From the NCBI GenBank assembly GCA_031409335.1, contig JANNWY010000065.1, forward strand, positions 1 through 18,451: a stretch of 18,451 nt of DNA, in the 5' to 3' direction. Below the pieces are notes generated by a model. The model was not told the DNA's origin and searched no databases. It was given only the letters and a program-made list of their open reading frames with translations. The stretch's first letter is position 1. Each line of letters opens with the position of its first letter. This stretch comes from Chthoniobacteraceae bacterium. GTDB taxonomy: Bacteria > Verrucomicrobiota > Verrucomicrobiia > Chthoniobacterales > Chthoniobacteraceae. Of this stretch, positions 14,989 through 18,451 are shown piece by piece. The position numbers and the translations under genes were made by a program.

Positions 14989-17900
14989 ATGCCTGAAACT
15001 ATTACGTTTGATCACTACTCTGTCATGCAGCGGGACGACGGATCGCCGTTTGAACTCGGGCGCGGTGCGATGGGGATCACCTACAAGGCGTTCGACACAA
15101 ATTTGCGAATCCCGGTCGCGCTGAAGGTCATCAACAGCAAGTTCCTCGACAGCGACATCGCCCGGCAACGCTTTGTGCGTGAGGCGCGCGCGGCAGCGAA
15201 GCTGCGGCACCGGCACGTCGCGTCGGTGTTCCATCTCGCGGCGGAGGGCGAGAATATGTTTTACGCGATGGAGTTCATCGACGGGGAAACGGTGGACGGG
15301 CTCATCAAGCGGCAGGGCCCGCTCGCGCCGCTGCTCGCGCTGCAAATCGTGGATCAGGTGGCGCGCGCGCTGAATGCCGCGCAGGTCCACGGGCTGGTGC
15401 ATCGCGATATCAAGCCTGCGAATTTGATGCTCATCCGCGAGGACGACGAGCTGACGGTGAAAGTGATCGACTTTGGCCTCGCGAAAACGCTCACGCCGGG
15501 TGCCGAGGACGCGGCCACGATTTCCCAGGGCGGCTTCGTCGGGACGCCGCATTTCGCGAGTCCCGAGCAGCTCGAAGAGCGCGAGATCGACGTGCGCTCG
15601 GACATCTATTCGCTCGGCGTCACGCTCTGGTACATGCTCGCCGGGCAGACGCCGTTCGCTGGCTCGATGGCGCAGGTGATGAGCCAGCATCTCGCGAAAG
15701 CGCCGCCCTTCGAGCGACTCGCGAATTTGCCCGCGCCGGTCGCGGCGGTGCTGCGGCGGATGCTGGAAAAGGAGCGCGAGTCGCGTCCGCAGACGCCGTC
15801 GGAGCTGCGCCAGGAGATCGAAAAAGCCATCGCGCAACTCCGCGTCGGCGGGCCCGCCGATCCGCTCGCGGGTCAGGCCGATCCCGAGGATTTCGCCACC
15901 GTTTTGGAAGACGCGCCCACCCGGCCCGCGGACACGACGATCAAAGTGGGGAGCATCGCCGCGGGCCGCTACAACATCCTGACGCGCCTCGGCGACACGA
16001 ATACTGGCGTCGTCTTTCGCGCGCAGTTGACGGACAACATGCAGTCGGTGCGCATGCTCGTGCTGCATCGCGAACTCACGCTGGAGCCCGCGACCGCCAC
16101 GCAGATTGAGCGGGAAGTGGAGCGCGCCGCGCCGGTCGAGCATCCGAATTTGCTGCGCGTGTTCGGCATCGAGGCGGTCGATGGCGCGAGCTTCATCACG
16201 ATGGAATGGACCGAGGGATTTTCGCTCCTCGAAGTCCTCCGCGCGCGCCGCGAACTCGAAGCCGTGGAAGTGCTGAAGCTGCTCGAACAAGCCGCGGCGG
16301 GCGTCGATCACGCGCTCGCCTCGGGCGTCAAACGGCTCGACCTTGCGCTGCACCAAATCTTCATCCATTTCGCTGCGCCGTTCGACAAACACGCACTGCT
16401 GCATCACCCCGTCACGCAGTGGCCGACGTTTGTATTGAAGCTGAATCCGCTCGGCATCACGCGCGATCTTTCCGCGTCGGAGACGTGGTCTGGCGAGCAG
16501 ACGGTGGTGGGCCGTCCGTCCAGCTCCACGGTCGCATCCACCGATGGCGCGCGGGCGTTGCAGTCGCTCGGCAGCGTCGTTTACGAACTGCTCGGCGGCA
16601 CGCTTTCGCCGCTCGGTTCCAGCACCGATCTCGGCTCGCACTACACGCCGCTCGCAAATCTTTCCGAACAGGGAAACCAGGCGCTCCGCTTTGCCCTCAC
16701 GCCCGCGCCGCCTTACAAAAAAGCCGACGATTTCCTCCGCGCACTCGCCGAGGTGGACGGCCTGCCCGTCGATATCGAGACTCCGGTCGTCGTCGCGAAA
16801 CCCGCGCCGCGCCCACCGGCTCCGCCGCCGGTCGCCGTTCCGCCACCATTGCCTCCGCGCATGCAGCCGAGCCGCTCCGGCGCGCCGCTGGCGATCGCGG
16901 CAATGCTCACGGTGCTCGTCCTCCTCGGAGGCGGCATCTACTTTTTCGTCATCCCGCTTTTCAAAAAGTCGGCGCCAAACATCGAACTGGCGAATGCCGA
17001 CAATCGAAACAAAGAGGAATCGTTTGAAGACAATCCGCCCGCGGACTCGCCGCCGTCCGATCCGCCGCCAAAGAAAACCGAACGGAAAACCCCGCAGCCG
17101 ATTTCCCAGGCGGAATTGCTCAAAGTGGCGTCAACCAATGCGGAGACTTTTGAGAACGACGAAAAATGGGCTCCCGCGATCACGGAGTGGATGAAGATCA
17201 TCCGTGATTTTCCCGAGTCCGACGCCGGCAACGTGCGGCTGAACATGATGTTCGAGCGCCTGCGCGGACGCACGGCGGATGTGAACGCGGCCGAGTTTTC
17301 CAGCCTCCGCGCACCCACGCTCGAAGCCGCGCAGCTCGATGTCGTCGCCGCGATGATGTTCCTCGCGGAAAATGTGCGCGCCACCGATCCGAAGGAAGCA
17401 TTCGCGTGGTTCTCAGCGGCTGCCGCGCGCGGACAAGTCTCCGCGCTCACGACGATCGGCGTCATGCTCGTGAACGGCGAAGGCTGCGAGCGCGATTTGG
17501 CAAAAGCCGTGGAAGCGATTCGGAGCGCCGCCGAGCAAGGGTCTGCGGTCGCGAAAACGGCGCTCGGCGAATTTTACGTGAATGGGACGAACGTGCCGAA
17601 GGATGACAAAAAAGCGTTCGAGCTGTTTCAGGAAGCCGCCGACGCCGGCGATCCACGCGGGATGGATTGGCTCGCGACGTGTTATCACCAGAGCATCGGC
17701 ACCAAGGTCAACAACGCTGAAGCCCTGCGCCTGTACACGCGCGCCGCCGAACTCGGCTTCGCGCGCGCGTTTGCGAATCTCGCCGTGCTCCACCTCAATG
17801 GCGACGGCACCAAGCAAGATCCCTTCAAGGCGGTTGGCTTTCTGCAACGCGGCGCGCGCGCTGGCGACAGCCGCAGCCTCCTCATTTACGCGAGTTGCCT

Positions 17901-18048
17901 GGAGGCCGGCACTGGAGTGAAAGCGGACGCGACCCTCGCGCGCGAAACTTACAAAAAAGCCGCCGCCGCCGGCAGCGCCGAAGCGCAGAAATGGCTCAAG
18001 AGCCGCGGCATCGAAGTCCCGCGTCCGAGCGGACCGCCGCTGCCGTGA
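14989..18048 (+). CDS. Hanks-type Ser/Thr kinase with a second degenerate kinase domain, Pro-rich linker, single TM helix and C-terminal Sel1-like repeats (1019 aa)
   Basis: Domain 1: LGRGAMG, VALK, HRDIKPAN (15400), DFG (15469), GTPHFASPEQ, SDIYSLG. Domain 2 (~15967-16755): RYNILTRLG, EHPNLLRVF, FITMEW. TM LAIAAMLTVLVLLGGGIYFFVIPLF at ~16888-16962. Sel1 repeats such as AFAWFSAAAARG, AFELFQEAADAGD and ALRLYTRAAELG. Confidence 0.95.
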   Translation: MPETITFDHYSVMQRDDGSPFELGRGAMGITYKAFDTNLRIPVALKVINSKFLDSDIARQRFVREARAAAKLRHRHVASVFHLAAEGENMFYAMEFIDGETVDGLIKRQGPLAPLLALQIVDQVARALNAAQVHGLVHRDIKPANLMLIREDDELTVKVIDFGLAKTLTPGAEDAATISQGGFVGTPHFASPEQLEEREIDVRSDIYSLGVTLWYMLAGQTPFAGSMAQVMSQHLAKAPPFERLANLPAPVAAVLRRMLEKERESRPQTPSELRQEIEKAIAQLRVGGPADPLAGQADPEDFATVLEDAPTRPADTTIKVGSIAAGRYNILTRLGDTNTGVVFRAQLTDNMQSVRMLVLHRELTLEPATATQIEREVERAAPVEHPNLLRVFGIEAVDGASFITMEWTEGFSLLEVLRARRELEAVEVLKLLEQAAAGVDHALASGVKRLDLALHQIFIHFAAPFDKHALLHHPVTQWPTFVLKLNPLGITRDLSASETWSGEQTVVGRPSSSTVASTDGARALQSLGSVVYELLGGTLSPLGSSTDLGSHYTPLANLSEQGNQALRFALTPAPPYKKADDFLRALAEVDGLPVDIETPVVVAKPAPRPPAPPPVAVPPPLPPRMQPSRSGAPLAIAAMLTVLVLLGGGIYFFVIPLFKKSAPNIELANADNRNKEESFEDNPPADSPPSDPPPKKTERKTPQPISQAELLKVASTNAETFENDEKWAPAITEWMKIIRDFPESDAGNVRLNMMFERLRGRTADVNAAEFSSLRAPTLEAAQLDVVAAMMFLAENVRATDPKEAFAWFSAAAARGQVSALTTIGVMLVNGEGCERDLAKAVEAIRSAAEQGSAVAKTALGEFYVNGTNVPKDDKKAFELFQEAADAGDPRGMDWLATCYHQSIGTKVNNAEALRLYTRAAELGFARAFANLAVLHLNGDGTKQDPFKAVGFLQRGARAGDSRSLLIYASCLEAGTGVKADATLARETYKKAAAAGSAEAQKWLKSRGIEVPRPSGPPLP

Positions 18049-18134
18049 TCGGCAATCAAATTGGATGTTAGGCGTTGCTTGCGCACTCCGAGAATGAAAG
18101 CCAACGGAATCACCCCAAATACGGCACTGTAGCG

Positions 18135-18449
18135 ATGAATGTCTTCATGCTGATGACGCTGATTGCAGTTCCGGGGCTGGCATTTGCCGCGTATCACTTT
18201 GCATCTCCTTTCGGCGCTATTGTCGGCATCATCGCAGCCATCGTTGGCGCAGCAGCAGGCTTCTTCATCGGGCCGGTTTTGGGTTATCTCTTTCTACTGC
18301 CGTTCGAGGGCGCAGCTCGATTGTGTCGCTTTATTACTACTGGACGGTGGACAGACCCGCAGTTCACACCTCCGCCACGTCCGACTTCCAATGACCGCGT
18401 GCGCGTCCATGTCGCGTTTTGGCGATCTCAGCGCTCGGGGTCGCTCGCC
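18135..18449 (+). CDS. Small membrane protein, 3' end beyond the window (not in the ORF track)
   Basis: My translation from ATG 18135 is MNVFMLMTLIAVPGLAFAAYHFASPFGAIVGIIAAIVGAAAGFFIGPVLGYLFLLPFEGAARLCRF..., open to the edge. It has two or three hydrophobic segments with a glycine-zipper-like pattern. Confidence 0.6.
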   Translation, partial: MNVFMLMTLIAVPGLAFAAYHFASPFGAIVGIIAAIVGAAAGFFIGPVLGYLFLLPFEGAARLCRFITTGRWTDPQFTPPPRPTSNDRVRVHVAFWRSQRSGSLA

Positions 18450-18451
18450 AC

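Noticed and set aside
14863..16641. 592-aa minus-strand ORF
   Set aside because: Antisense shadow of the kinase gene caused by GC-rich codon bias, with no recognisable motifs.
16795..16860. CCG-rich low-complexity stretch
   Set aside because: It encodes the Pro-rich juxtamembrane linker of the kinase and is not a DNA repeat element.
1..18451. CRISPR arrays, tRNA/rRNA genes, transposases, integrases, intrinsic terminators at the convergent junctions (6306/6317, 10206/10209)
   Set aside because: None seen. There are no regularly spaced repeats or recombinase motifs, and the convergent gaps of 10 and 2 bp leave no room for an intergenic hairpin plus U-tract.

Overview
GC-rich, gene-dense bacterial chromosomal window, probably PVC superphylum (Verrucomicrobiota-like; inferred from the PVC-type CxxCH dehydrogenase and the general gene style). 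In order: an operon of two secreted hypothetical proteins, a tandem-ACT protein and a CxxC protein; a small ORF; a large PVC-type beta-propeller/HEAT/cytochrome c dehydrogenase convergent with a secreted sugar-phosphate-isomerase-like TIM barrel; a K+-independent membrane pyrophosphatase (hppA) followed by a degenerate nucleotidyltransferase-fold ORF; a lone dynamin-like GTPase; an S10 carboxypeptidase; and a divergent pair of an FHA-class III cyclase and a kinase-pseudokinase-TM-Sel1 receptor. That pair is the best candidate for a novel signalling system. The intergenic regions hold GTAG-type REP-like hairpins (one tandem pair shows a compensatory base change) and several TTGAC promoter-like motifs close to start codons. 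A lower-GC, cassette-like membrane-protein ORF runs off the right edge. All family assignments come from motif recognition by eye; no searches were run.
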